This document shows, piece after piece, positions 48,447 through 61,411 of a stretch of DNA of 64,000 bases. Position numbers and translations under genes: made by a program. Location of the stretch: assembly GCA_023920165.1 (NCBI GenBank), contig CP089275.1, forward strand, positions 1,860,001 to 1,924,000. Reading direction: 5' to 3'. This DNA is from Curvularia clavata. Taxonomy: Eukaryota. Numbering within the stretch: the stretch's first letter is position 1; each line of letters begins with the position of its first letter. The notes under the pieces were generated by a model that saw nothing but the letters and a program-made list of their open reading frames with translations, was not told the origin of the DNA and did not search any database.

Positions 48447-50631
48447 ATGAGCGCAGACATAGATAGCAGTTATGAGATGAGAGACGTAAGTGGAATAGAG
48501 TTGGACCCTATTCTGCCTCGTATAGTCCCAACTAACCCCCTCAGCTTCAACATGCCCTGCGAAGCGCCAACTTGGAACTTAGCCTCGAAAGGAGTAAGCA
48601 CTCGGTCGAACTCGTTGCCAAGGACGAGGACATTCGGAAGCTGCGGGTGGCCCAGTGCCTTCTGCAGGACGAAAACACCGACCTCCACGAACAGCTCGAA
48701 GAAGAGCAAGCCCGCTCAGATGAACTAGAGAACGCCCTCGACGACGCTCGTGTACAGCTGGATGAGCAGCTGGCTGAGGGCGAAGCTGCACAAAACACAA
48801 TCCGCACTCAGGCACGGGAAATCGCAAATCTCAAGGTGGGCACGTCAAGCACGCCGGCCAAAGCGTCACTAACCCTCACTAGGCTGAACTGAAGGCTATG
48901 GAGAACGTCACCTCCGACTCGAACAAGATCCTATCCGAGAAACTCGCCCTCTCCCGCGAAATCTCATCGCTGCGTCCCGAAGTCGAACACCTACGTGCCC
49001 AAGTCGAATCAAACACAGGACTTCTCACCGAGAAGCTGGCCTTGCAACGCCAACTGACAACACTCCAAGTCGAGCTTGAGAACGAGAAGCGTGCCGCTGC
49101 CCGCGCCCTGGCGAAGCAAGGCAAGAAGATGGAGCAAGATGAGGATCTCCGTAACCAGTTAGAGGAGGTGCGCCAGGAGCTTGCAGCAGAGAAGAAGGAA
49201 CGAATGAAGGCAGAGGCCGGACTCACAAAGGCAGAAAAGGCAATGGAGAAGGTGCAGGCCGATCTGGAGTCGCAACAGCAGTCAACAGAACAGCTACAGG
49301 CTAAGATTGAGAAACTATCAAAGAAGGAGGCCAGCAAGAACAACAAGCGAGATGAAGCTCATGAGGCAGCGATTGAAGAACTTCGTCAGGAGCTGGAGCA
49401 GGAAAAGGCTGCACGCATGCGAGCGGAGAAGGCCAGCAAGAGCGCCGGTGACCGCGATGCCGAGATCGACCAGCTACGTCAAGAATTAGAGCAGGAAAAG
49501 CGCGAGCGTCAGAAGGCCGAGAAGACTTCCAAGAAGAGTTCACACCCAACAGACGAGCAGGTCGAAGCTGTCAGGAACGAACTGGAAGAGGAGAGGCGGG
49601 AGCGTAAGAAGCAAGAGAAGGAGTTCAACAAGACATTAGCAGAGCTGAAGGGTCGCAACACCGTCCTCGACGATAAGCTCAGTGCTTTCCGCGAGAAGCT
49701 ACGGACAACCAAGGAGAAACTCAAAGAGAAGGAAGCCGAGCTCGAAAGGGCAGAGAGGGCACAAACAGCACCACCTGCCAAGAGCACTTCAAAGGCCCCT
49801 ACCAAAGCCGCCGCTAAGAATGTCCGGAAGCGCGCAGCTGCTAGTGCCGAGCCCGAGACCATGCTGGGTACACCAGGAGACGGCTTTCCGGCAAAGAAGG
49901 CTAAGCGTGGCACCTCGGTGTCAGCAGTTGGTGATACATCGACCTTTTCGTTGACGCCATTCCTCAATCGCACGGGCAATGTAACAGCCGCCAGCCCCAT
50001 TGTTGAAGAGGAGGAAGTAGATGAAGATGAGGCAGAAGAAGAGGCATCTCAGGAACAGGCCACTCCTACAGCTCCGCCCAAGAAGGCATCAGCGAAGGGT
50101 GCTCAGCCTAAGGTCAAAGCGCTGGCCCCGGCGGTGTCGAGCAAGGCCAACGCAAAGCCTCGCAAGAAGAACCCTGCACCCGCCCTGGAGATGGTCTCCG
50201 AGGAGGCCTCTGACGTCTCTCACAACACGTCCAAGGAAGAATCCGAGAATGCAGTGTCTATCCCACTCAAGGATGCTGACGATGGTACCTCGAAGAAAAC
50301 GGGCGGTGCACCAAAGATCAAGCCTCGCAAGTCACTCATGTCCTTTGCTACGTTTGCCGAGGAACCGGCTGTAGAAAAGAAGAAGAAGCGCAAGCTGGGT
50401 GCCAGTGCTGGCAAGACACTGTTTGATACCGAGGATGGTGAAGATGCTGCGCCTTTGAAGCCCGTTGGCATCAGCAAAGGCCTATTTGCGGCAAGGGCGT
50501 TGGGCAAGAGCGTCTTGAATAAGCAGGGTCAGCAACGTCCAATCTCGGGCGGTTTCAACATGATGAGCGAGGAAGCTTTTACATTTTCGCCGCTCAAGAA
50601 AGATCGGCGCGGCGCGAGTATCTTGAAGTAA
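48447..50631 (+). CDS. Long coiled-coil protein with basic disordered C-terminus (uncharacterised); 3 exons
   Basis: MSADIDSSYEMRD|LQHALRSANLELS...NLK|AELKAMEN... E/K/R heptads to about 49760, then a low-complexity tail with FSLTPFL, KKKKRKL and FSPLKKDRR. Confidence 0.8.
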
Positions 50632-52395
50632 ATGACTGGCGCAGAGTCTGACACGTAAATGGGTTGCGCCTAGTATCATTTGCTCTGAAAATTGAGTGTT
50701 ATCATATTTTGGGCGTTGGGGCTGGTATTTCTTGCATTAGGGGAACGGAGTATATGCGTTAACACAGGGTAGATACCGCATTGCGGCGGTGGTGTACGAT
50801 TATGTGGTGGGGCGTAGCTACGTATGTACAAGTAGTAGCCCATATTCATCTAAAAGTAGTTCAAGGCCACCTTTGCCCTCACAGGTTTATCGTAGTTGTG
50901 TGTCCTTGATGCTACCAATCACAGCACCCAGTTGCCTCGCATGTCTCTACCTGAAGGTCTCTCAAGCGGTCGCTTTAGTCATAGTCATGCGCAGGGCGCT
51001 TAAGGTACCCTGCAAAGCCATGTGCGGCGTTTAAAAAAGGGTTCCGCAAACCAAGGCTGCGGTGTGGCAGTGGAGATGGGTCAGGCTCACACCTAAGGCC
51101 AACATTTACCTTTCTCTTACCAAGAAGCGGCTTGGACGGGGCAAAACAATAAGGCAGAAAGGGGGTCGAGTAGTGAGGGAGGCCTGATAAAGGCTGTGCC
51201 ATAATCATCTCGCACTTGTAGTGAAGACGAACAAGAAAAACAGTGGACATGACATTTGACCGGTCAGTAGGAGTAAATCGGCGAAGCGAAACAGAGGACA
51301 GTGCGAGATGATTTGCAGGCGCAGCAGCGAGTTCTGTTGTCCTATTCACGGAGAAACAAAGGCTTTTCGCTATCAGGCGCGGACCGGAGTTGAGCAGAAT
51401 CAAATGCGAGATACGAATCGAGTTGACAAGACAGAAATCTGCTCAAGGAGGCGGGGCACACATGACACAATAATACACTGGACTGTACAGCACCGCGCAG
51501 AATGTGCATGCCATACACCGGTAAGATTGAATCCACACCGCGATGGCGCAAAAAAATAAAGCCAAGAAGGTTGTTACTTGTAAAGTCAACCGTGCCGTTC
51601 ACAGCAGCCTCCACCAACGAACCACGCCTCGGTAGCAGCGCGCTTAGTCTTCCAGAAAGCAGTTAGAACATGGAATATCGAAGGCGGCGGCACAGGCAAC
51701 AGTCACAGTCATGCCCAGGGGTCTCTTTCTTTCCCTACCTTCGCCACAGGAACCGCGCCCCTCATCTACATTACAGGGCTGCATACCCCAGTGGAGGGAC
51801 CCATGTGCTGTTCATTCGCTTGTGCATCGGCGCCCGCGTGATTTATTAATGCCGAGTTCGCGGATGGCTTGAACGGGTCAGTCGCTGACGTCGAGACATA
51901 TTGGGGCGTTGGCCGGTGTGTGTATCTGTCGAGTATGCCTTGGGTGTGTGTTTTCTCGACGTCACGAGAGATGGGGGGGTGGTGTGTGCGGTGGGCTTAG
52001 GGCTCCCGTGTTAGCCGTGGTGGAGGGAGGCCTTGGAGGCGAGATTGTGAGAGAGTAGGTAGATGGAGTAGTACATTGAGTGGTGTGAAGAGAGATGCGC
52101 AGCGATTGGAAGTTGCCGTTGGTGTTTCCAAGCTGGAAGATGGAATGTCGCTCAAGATGGGGGCCCACGATAGTGAACTTGTTGGCTGACAACGAACCGC
52201 CCACGACTTGAATACCTATCTCCCTCCATGTCCCGTGGAAAGACAAAGTGTAGCACAGCCCCGCGAGGCGGGCCCGACTAGCGCATCACAATGGGCAAGC
52301 ATCAAGCTAGACTAGCTTCCCCGCTCGCATGGGTGAATACAATTCGCCTTGGTCCGACATACATATAAGCCAACCATATCCTGACACCACTAGCC

Positions 52396-53656
52396 ATGTC
52401 CTCTACTCACGACTCCTCTCATATCGCTGAATCCGTCTCCTCGACAAATCCTTTTTTACCCAACAACGAAGCCAGTATGAGCGACCCGAATGGAAAGGCT
52501 CCCGTCATGGGTGCGAGCAACGGCGCATCGCATACTGCCGAACAGGTCATCAAGGTCCAGCCACCACGACGAGAGGACCTGCAGCCCAGCTACGCTCGTG
52601 TTATCCAGCCTGACGATGCTGATGCTGATACGAACGGATGGTATGGCGGCATGGTGAGTTTCATACCCCAACGCCATGCTACTATCGACAATCACGTGAC
52701 TAAAACCACCCCAGATCAACGCCCTCGGCGGCTTCATCGGCACCCTAGGCGCCATTCCCTGCTGCATCGTGTGCCCGAATCCGTACAAGCCCGTCAGCCA
52801 AGGCAACGTCGGGCTCGTTACGAAATTCGGACGCTTTACCCGTGCCGTCGACCCCGGTCTTGTCTACGTGAACCCGCTGTCTGAGCAGCTCACCCAAGTC
52901 GACATCAAGATCCAGATTGTCGAGGTGCCAAAGCAAGTTTGCATGACAAAAGACAATGTCTCTTTGCAATTGACGTCTGTGATCTACTACCGCATTACCT
53001 CGCCGCACAAAGCAGCGTTTAGTATCAGTAATATCCGCCAGGCGCTCGTCGAGCGCACGCAGACGACGCTGCGCCACGTCGTAGGTGCGCGTGTCCTGCA
53101 GGATGTGATTGAAAGGCGCGAGGAGATTGCGCAGTCTATCCGCGAGATCATAGAGGAGACGGCGCAGAAGTGGGGCGTTGAGGTCGAGTCGATGCTCGTC
53201 AAGGATATCATCTTCAGCCAGGATCTCCAGGACTCGCTGAGTATGGCGGCGCAGAGTAAGCGTACTGGTGAGGCAAAGGTTATTGCGGCGAGGGCCGAGG
53301 TTGAGGCCGCCAAGTTGATGAGGCAGGCGGTTAGTATACCCCTTCTTCTTTTGCCTTCTCCTTGTCCCTGCTAGAGTGTGTACTGATTTCAGTTCTAGGC
53401 CGATATCCTCTCCTCGGCACCCGCCATGCAGATCCGCTACCTCGAAGCCATGCAGTCCATGGCCAAGAGCGCAAACTCCAAGGTCATCTTCCTTCCTGCC
53501 CAGAACCAGACGGTTCAGAGTGCTCTCGCCCAAGCAGAGGCTGCCGGCGAGGGTCCCAGCTCCCATGGCTTCCAGTCCTCGGCCGCCAACGAGTATGGTG
53601 GCAATGATGCGGGCTTCCAGAGTGCCATTAACGCTCACGTTATTGAGAACATGTAA
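52396..53656 (+). CDS. Stomatin/SPFH (Band 7) family protein; 3 exons (start could be 52477)
   Basis: GLVTKFGRF...VDPGL, IVEVPKQVCMTKDNV, QTTLRHVVG, WGVEVESMLVKDI, AKVIAARAEVEAAKLMRQAADILSSAPAMQIRYLE. Confidence 0.93.
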
Positions 53657-54577
53657 AGCCTTGTTCTGCCCGGATCAACGATATACGGCCCGACCGCAGC
53701 AACAGCTTTCCGGTTTCTCCTCTTCTTAGGAACACACTTCACCAGACTGATTCGAGATTCCTTCCCATTGGCTCTTAATGACTTGTACTATTTTTTGGCT
53801 GCTTGGCTTTTTTACGCACACAATGCTTGATACCCTCGTACTCAACACCCCTCGCTTGTTTTAGTCTAACGCTCACTCGCTTGGGATGTATATGGTTGTT
53901 TTGCTTGTGTTAAGTTTCTGGTTGGATGACATAGATACGATATAGTTATAGTTATGTATGTTAATGATATAGTAATGCGTTATTCTTTGAATGACCATCT
54001 GGCATTGCTCGTCTCTTGGACATTCCTAGTCATATTATTCCATCACAGCTCCCAACGATACAGCACGAGAAAAAAGTCTTACAAATAAAAAGGAACATCA
54101 CACCTCTTCATAACAAGTCATGCTGAGTATTTCTGAATGTTTTTGAATTTTCTTTTCGTCAAGACGTCATCGCTCAAATGACGGCTATTACGTATCTGAT
54201 CATAGATCTGGGTTGCGGTTTTTGGATCTTCTCTCTGACCTCCGCCAATTCCCCATCCTTGATACATGCCCGACCCCAACTTGTCCGAAGAAAAAAAAAC
54301 ACACGATGCTCCAATATGCAAAGTGCTTATATCTTTACAAATGAAAAGAACATATGGAAAATGCACCCTTTCCCCCTTCATTTACCCCCCAGCAGGTGAC
54401 GCAAGATGAACTTGAGAGAATTCGCTAAGACTTCAACCAAAAAGCTGCAGAAATAGAAAAGCAAAGAGAAAAAAATAATGAAGAAAGAGGATAAAAGAAT
54501 ACTCTGTAGGGAATCAATGCTATAGATGAGTGGTAAAATATGGAATAACGGCTAAGTAATCAACCAACAGACGAAAC

Positions 54578-56025
54578 TCATGAAGGAAGCACCGCCTTGT
54601 CGCTCGCCGATCCGTTTGCCAGGATTGGCCGGGCCTCCTGTGGTTGTGCTTCACCGTATGCCCACTTTGTTGCTGCGTTGGTCAGGTTGGCGCAAATTGG
54701 GTCGACGTGCTTGACCCATAGTGAGGCAGAGCGGTAAAGGATGTAGTAAAAGACGGCAATGGCGATGAGCATATGGGGAATGGAGCCGCGCTGAAGATCC
54801 TGCATTTCTCCCTTTTCGTTCTTCGGTGGGTTCATGGCAGAAGGCAGGTAGATCATCCAGGTCAGGACAGTCTTGATGAAAGTATTGTGGAGGAGGTATA
54901 CAGGGAAACTGACACGACCGAGGAAGTTGAAAACGGGCGAGGTGAGCACTTTGCGAGCGTTCTTGGAGAAGAAGACGCCCAGAAGAACGGTGGCGGCTCC
55001 AAGATGGTCCCAATAGCGTCGAATATCCGTCTTCTCAGCTGTAAGACTATACATGATTGTGGCCATGGTCTGGGACCAGCGCGTGTTTTGGAAAGAGTCT
55101 TGAGGGAAGCCGGCCATGAACATGCCGCAGACAATCATAATGGCAGGAATGGGCGCAGGTAGAACCGAGGTAGCGCTATCCTTGAAGTGGTTGTGTAGCT
55201 CAGCCACAAACATGCCTGTGACAATGTTTATGCCCTTGATGGATCCGACAGGGAGTTCTATTATGGTCAACGATTATGCCCGTGTGCAGATTAGTCGAGA
55301 AATGCAAACTTACCCTTGCCCACTTGCCAGAAGTAGACATACAAGACTGCGTAGATGATGAATCGTGCCTTGGGCCTGACGAGGACGGTAGTAAGCATGG
55401 TTGCGTATACGAGGAAAGCGCCCTCAAGAAACAGGTGCAGTGTCCATTGTGTTCCGTCATATTCGTCCCAACCAATGACCCAAGTCTCCATTTGTGCTCT
55501 GAAGAGCGAGGTGATGGCCATCCACAGCGTCGGCTCCTGTCGGTGCCAGCCCTGTCGGATCCATTGCGCATCAACGTGCTTGGTCATGTGGTATGCGTTT
55601 GTCTGGGCCATGATCCAGCTGATTACGGTAGCGATCATGGTGGGCAGGATCAATCTTCCTGAGCGTGCCAGAGCGCTGCGTGCAATTCCGTGGAAAGCGG
55701 CATCGTAGTTGCCGGCGCGCGACTTGGAGATGGGGCCAATCGAATTGACATAACCGGTTACGAGGAAGAATATGGCGACGGCGCTGCGGCCACCGACGGC
55801 GAGGCGGAAAAAGGGCAATTGGAACAGGTGCGGTGCGGTCTTGGGATCGGCGGCTGGCTGGTGTAGCCAGGGCACAAATGCAGTGCAGAGATGGCCGCAT
55901 ACGACCATAAAGGAGGCTACTCCTCGAAGGCCCTGTTGGACGCAATGTTAGCCCGAGTCGCACAAAGCAGGATATCCGGAGCGGGTGTGACTTGCATCTA
56001 CCCAGTTGGCATCGCGAGGGGCCAT
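54578..56025 (-). CDS. Acyltransferase-3 (OafA-like) integral membrane O-acyltransferase; 3 exons
   Basis: MAPRDANWVD|GLRGVASFMVVCGH (xDGLRG motif), AVAIFFLVTGYV, QWTLHLFLEG, FLGRVSFPVYLLH. First intron is GC-AG. Confidence 0.88.
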
Positions 56026-57597
56026 TGTGTGTGTTCCAGCAGGGGTTCAAGGGAGCAGAGTAAGAGAGACCAGGAGAAAACAGGCGCGTATGCTGTGTAA
56101 TAATGAAAGCAGGGTTGTTCAGGGTGTGGACGGGATCAAGCGCATTGCCGATGGAGTAGGCGGTTCCGGGGTCAAGGGCGCTGGGATGTCTCCACTTGTA
56201 GTATCAATGTCAGATGAAGGCGTTGCGGAGAAAAGAACAAGAAAAAGGAACAAAAGGCGATCGTGGACGAAGGAAGCGGTGGGGTGAGTCGAATGGGAGG
56301 GAGCGGCGGGAGAAGAGGGAGCAGGGGAGAGAAAAAAAAAGGGAAACGGTGGAGGTGGAGGTAATGTAATGTAGGGAATAGTAGTATCGTCGGCCAACCA
56401 TGGGCTTTTGGGAAGGCAGTCGGCCCCGGGCCTGAAGCAGCGGGGCGGTGGCTACAACTATCCAGGAACGCGTGCGCGGCTGCACATCGACAGAGACGCG
56501 CCAAGAAAAAGCTTCGGCAACGCGGCGTCGAAGCATTCGCCTCCCTGTCGCCCAAGCAAGCCGTGCTAGGACACACCGCGACCCCCTTCCCGCCCTCTCC
56601 ATCGCCTATCCAAGGCTTGTCTGAAATTGAACTGGATGGCCTCGCTATCGTCATTGCTGTCAACAGCACTCGGTCCGCCCCACGATCCGAGTGTGTACAT
56701 TACACGTCCCAGCCAGGGTAGACGCCAGCCCGTCTATGAACACTCCCTATAGATACGTACATACGTACACTACTGCTCCCGCCATTCGTAACCCCAAATC
56801 TATTTCGGCTTCACCTGCACGGCACAAATCGTATCTACCCGTCACCAGGCCCTCGTGATCCGTCTCAGTCAGCCGCCTAGTCTCTTCGCTCGTACAAAGA
56901 AACTGCACAAATCGCCTGTCGAGCCGCCCACCACTGCGTCACGAACGCAATCCCCGTGTCCTCTCGGCTCACTGTACCAGACACATAGTCGCATCCGCAC
57001 CCTGTGGCGCTGCACTACCATGCACTACCGCAAAATATCCTCAAGCGGAACAACGCTCGTCGTCTTGGCACGCTGACGCGGACCGCCGCTTTACCCGGAC
57101 ACTAACCTCCCCTGAAGCTCAGGGGCTGCTGAAACCCACGCCAATCTTCTCCACCCCCCAGATGCCATTTGCTGCTGTTTCAACCTCGTTACGTCGTCCC
57201 ATCTCCACCTTGATCGTCGTATGGATGTTGACATGCGTTGGTTGCTTGGCTACTCGGCCGCTTGGCTTGCCCCCATAGCGTAATGCGGCTCTTTAGCTGG
57301 AACCTGCTGCGAGTGCCATACCGAGTATCCGTCTCTAATAGATTGCAACCTTTGATATGCAGAACCCATGACTGACCACTGGCGACAGCAATGTAGGACT
57401 AGGAGAGAGGGAGAAAAAGAAAAGAGCTTGATGAACCCATGCGCAACCAGGGATGCTTAGCTAGAAACGCCCTCTACGCCTCCTTCGCTGTCAATTCAAT
57501 ATCTCTCAGTGGTATGAAACATGATACTAATACACAACCCAAGCGTTTACTCCAAACCAGTAGCGTGAACATGCGTCTACTACGACCAGAATGCGTC

Positions 57598-59710
57598 CTA
57601 CGCCTGGTCGCCTTCGCCGTTGTCATTATGCATCTCCGTCCCATGGAACGCGTCGCCAAACGCAGAATCGTCTACGAGATCAAGGCCCAAGTTATCGTCC
57701 TGTCCATAGTCTGCCAGAGCGTCTCCCGCACTGTCCAGGTTGTCGAAGCTTCCAAAGTCTGCACTGTCAAACATGCTGCCTGCATCCGCTTCCATATTCG
57801 CCGCAGCCATAGCACCACCGGCATTGCCACTGGCTTGGTTGTTGTTCGCGTTGCCTGCTTGCACATTGCTACCTGCTTGTTGTGCGTTGTTGGCCTGGTC
57901 GTTCACCATCACCCACTCCTCGCCCTTGTCTCCTGTGGGCGCCATGCCAGACATTTCCACGTCCAAGTCCAAAAGGTCCGCGCCTACATCCAGGCTAGTG
58001 TCCTGTTGATCAAACGTAGGTGCCTGGTTCATGTTACCATGAGGTGCGTTAGGCGTGCCGTTGGCTGATTGCGACTGGCTCGGGGGTTGTGACAGTCGAG
58101 GCAGGGAGATGTTCCCAATGGGCGTTCCAGATATCGATCCCGATCCATACTGATCCAAAAGACCCGAGGCTGAATTCTCCTCCATCGAACCTTCGTGGTT
58201 GGCTCCGGACGCCGTACCGTTCGTGTTCTGCTCAACACCATTAACCTGCGCCTTTGGAGGAGACGGCTGCTGTACCTCAATAAAGCCGCCCTTGTCCACG
58301 CAAACGACGGCTTTCTTGGCATCAAAAGTGACCCCCAGTGACTTTTCTAGGTCTTGCACAACTTCCTCGACAAGATTCGTGCCGCTAGCATCGCTCTCGG
58401 CAGAGCGTGATAGATCCCGTAACCGTCGCTCGGCTTTGATGTATGTGCGGGTGCGCTTTAGTTGTGCAATCTTCTTCGCATGCGTCGCCTTCATCTTATC
58501 AATCTCGGCTTGTTCATTCTTCGTGTACTCTGCAACACGCTTCTCAAACTCTTTTAGCTGCTCCTCATCCAGCTTGTAGTAGTTCTTGACCTTGTAGTTT
58601 TCTTTTGCCGTCTCTACATTTTCCGCGCCTGGAGCATCCAAAATGCCTGCGGTAAGAGGAGCAAGTTCGCCCATTAGACCAAGACCAAGATCAATCGGCG
58701 CAATCTTGCCAATCGCATATGGTGACGAGAAAATCTCCTCCATCCATTCATGATGTTGCTTGTATCGTGACAGACTGATTTCGCGCGGTGTCAAGAAATC
58801 AAACGCATCTTGAGTAGCATTTTCCTCCTCTTCAAGCGTGTTGTCAGGTATTATGGCACCTGGAGCGGGCTGACGGGGTTGAGGCTGTGTCGGCAAGCGT
58901 TGACGTTTGGCTGGAGGTGGTTGTGCAGGATATGGTCGTGGTTGCATCGGGTTGTAGTACGGCTGCGGACCTCTCATGGCCTGCTGTCCAAACTCGACCT
59001 TCGGCCAGTTGGCCTGATCAACCAGCATAAACTCTTTGCGCATCAGCGGACCTGCTTGTTGCAGCTGAGCGCGCATTTGAAGCTGGGCCTGCACTTCGCG
59101 TGGTATGGGAATCTGAGCTGCAGGGATTCTGTTTTGCGGATCTGCCGGCTTGTAATGAACCAGCCAGAGGTTGGGGTCGATGGTACCAGGTCCAGCTGCT
59201 ATCCTATAACGATGGCGCGCATGCATTGTGTACGGCTCATGTGGGTAGTGGTAACCACTGTTGTGGACAAATACTTGAAGGGTCTGGGTGATGTTAGATA
59301 CCGAAATGTCAGCGTTCCCCGGGCACACGTACATAACCGCGCACATTCATGTCATATGCGCTCTCGGCATCGGCCCAAACCATGCCATCCGAGGCGAACA
59401 TGGTGCCCATGCGCGGAGGCTGCCAGGTAAGGATAACAGTGCCATCTGGCGGAGGGGCGGACAGGAACGTCCATGCAACCGGCGAAGTGTCCCGCACAAT
59501 CTGTGGGCCTTTGATGAGGTACTCGAGGGCCTGAGCAGCTTGCAGGCCAGGCAGGGTAGGGAAACGGTACGACGATATCAGATGAACGTGGGCGAGCTGC
59601 GTACTGTTAGTTGGGAAAGATGGTCGCGGAGCTTTGGCTGTACTCACCAGATGGTTAGGGACCTGCGCACTCGGGTCAGGCGCATAGTGGGCCTGATTCA
59701 TGCCGTACAT
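57598..59710 (-). CDS. SSR4: SWI/SNF-RSC subunit Ssr4 (DUF1750)-like; 3 exons
   Basis: DPSAQVPNHL...HVHLISSYRFP, FASDGMVWADAE, HARHRYRI...LWLVHY, DAFDFLTPREISLSRYKQHHEWMEEIFSSPY, and an acidic tail ending DSAFGDAFHG. Confidence 0.82.
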
Positions 59711-61411
59711 GATGACTGAGGTAATGCGACAGCAGTGCCGCGTCGATCAATTCGGGTTGCGTGGTGATGCAGCGGGCGCGAAAGCTGGGGTTGATGTCTG
59801 GAATCTTTGGCGCGTTGGACCACAGCGCGACTGCCAAGAGTCTTCCCGAAATGGTTAGTGCTTTTACTATCAAGACATCGTCACTGCTAAGCCTGGGAGA
59901 ATAAGATTGTGATATTTTTGGCGAGATCAGGTAAGATCTTCTAGTAAATAAGATCTCATAGACTTTGCCCATGCTCTTACGAGTAGACATTTCAAGTCTG
60001 CGTGTCATTGGCCAGGTATCTTGGAATGCACTAAGCTTAAGACTGGAATAAGATTACGAATTTGGCAGTGGTAGTTTTCGCACATATTATCATACTAGAG
60101 CGGCGTGTCAGCGACGAGTTTCCAATGAGAGAACCGGGAGTGCTAAACACACGCGTTGCGTAGGACTTCATGATTACACTATTGAACTAAGCTGGGCCTT
60201 TAATCGAAGACTGTTGAGTCGGTATCTGTGTTCTCCGAAAGAATTTGTGGCAGGACTGCAATCAGTTCAAAGACGAAGGAAATTTGAAAGGCGCTTCTTT
60301 TTCGCACTTCGCATGCAAGGATGGACTCTGGGAACCAGCCCATTGATTGGACCGGTTTTGAATGAAGAGGACAACCACGCAGCATATGTTGATTGATGGC
60401 ATTAAACTAGGTTACTCTGACTTCAGTTACCGATGGTTTATTACCTGTGATACAATTGGTGCATTCATTCTGGCGTTGGTATCCCTGTTGTGACACGTTC
60501 CTTGTGCTTTGGTCTGAGTTTCACATTTTTAAACCCATGCTTTCTTTCCCATCAGTGTAATTGACGAGCTATCTGCCCATGAAACTTGAGGATGAGATTG
60601 ATTTGATTTTGAATGAAAGTCACTGTTATCATGGCAACGAAATTGTTTGGGTGACTGGTGTAAGTGTCAGATTGCACCCACCAATCCAGGAAGGCTCCAT
60701 AAGAATTCGGGTATTTCGGTAGCTATGTGTTGAAGATGTCAGATGATTGGGCTCTCCAGTTAGGGCCAACACTTTCCCGAGATTTCTACAGAGAAGTATT
60801 GGTCGAAGACAGCACTACTTACCTGCATCTCGCTTAGAGTAGGGTAATACTGAATTAGTCGGACAAATGTTGCCTCTTGTACCACGACAGTGCAGCGGCT
60901 TGCCAATAACTTTGATAAAAGCACTTAGTAGCCTCTAGGGACGAACGAAGATCAGTGACATATTTATATGCAGATAGTCATGAATTTGAGTTACTCACAT
61001 AAATCATCACACAGTATTAATGCCGTTGTGGTAACTTAGACTTTGAGTTACACGGCTTACGTGGGGCAAATGCTATCCGGCTATTTCGGTAGGTACGGAG
61101 TGTACCAAGAAATCTGACATTCATGGCAGCGCCCCTGTACAGTAAATGATTGGATTCCAATCACATGACCTTGCCACACACGAAGAGCGGGGCACATGCA
61201 GCACGGACACTTTGTGGCAAGCACCCTCGTTCTCACCCGCACTGCCCTGCAGGGTTTGGTGTATTTACAAATACCAAAGCTGCTTGTGATGATTCCAGAA
61301 CTACATCAAACAGTATCGCATCTTTGCTACGGCGTGTATGTCTTCCTGTGTTTGTAGACTGCGCCATCATCGTCCACTACTGAACCATATAAACACATCA
61401 GTACCTCAGCC

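Noticed and set aside
53380..53400. Tandem acceptors in stomatin intron 2
   Set aside because: The upstream CAG is only a few nt from the branch point and would create an immediate stop; unlikely to be used.
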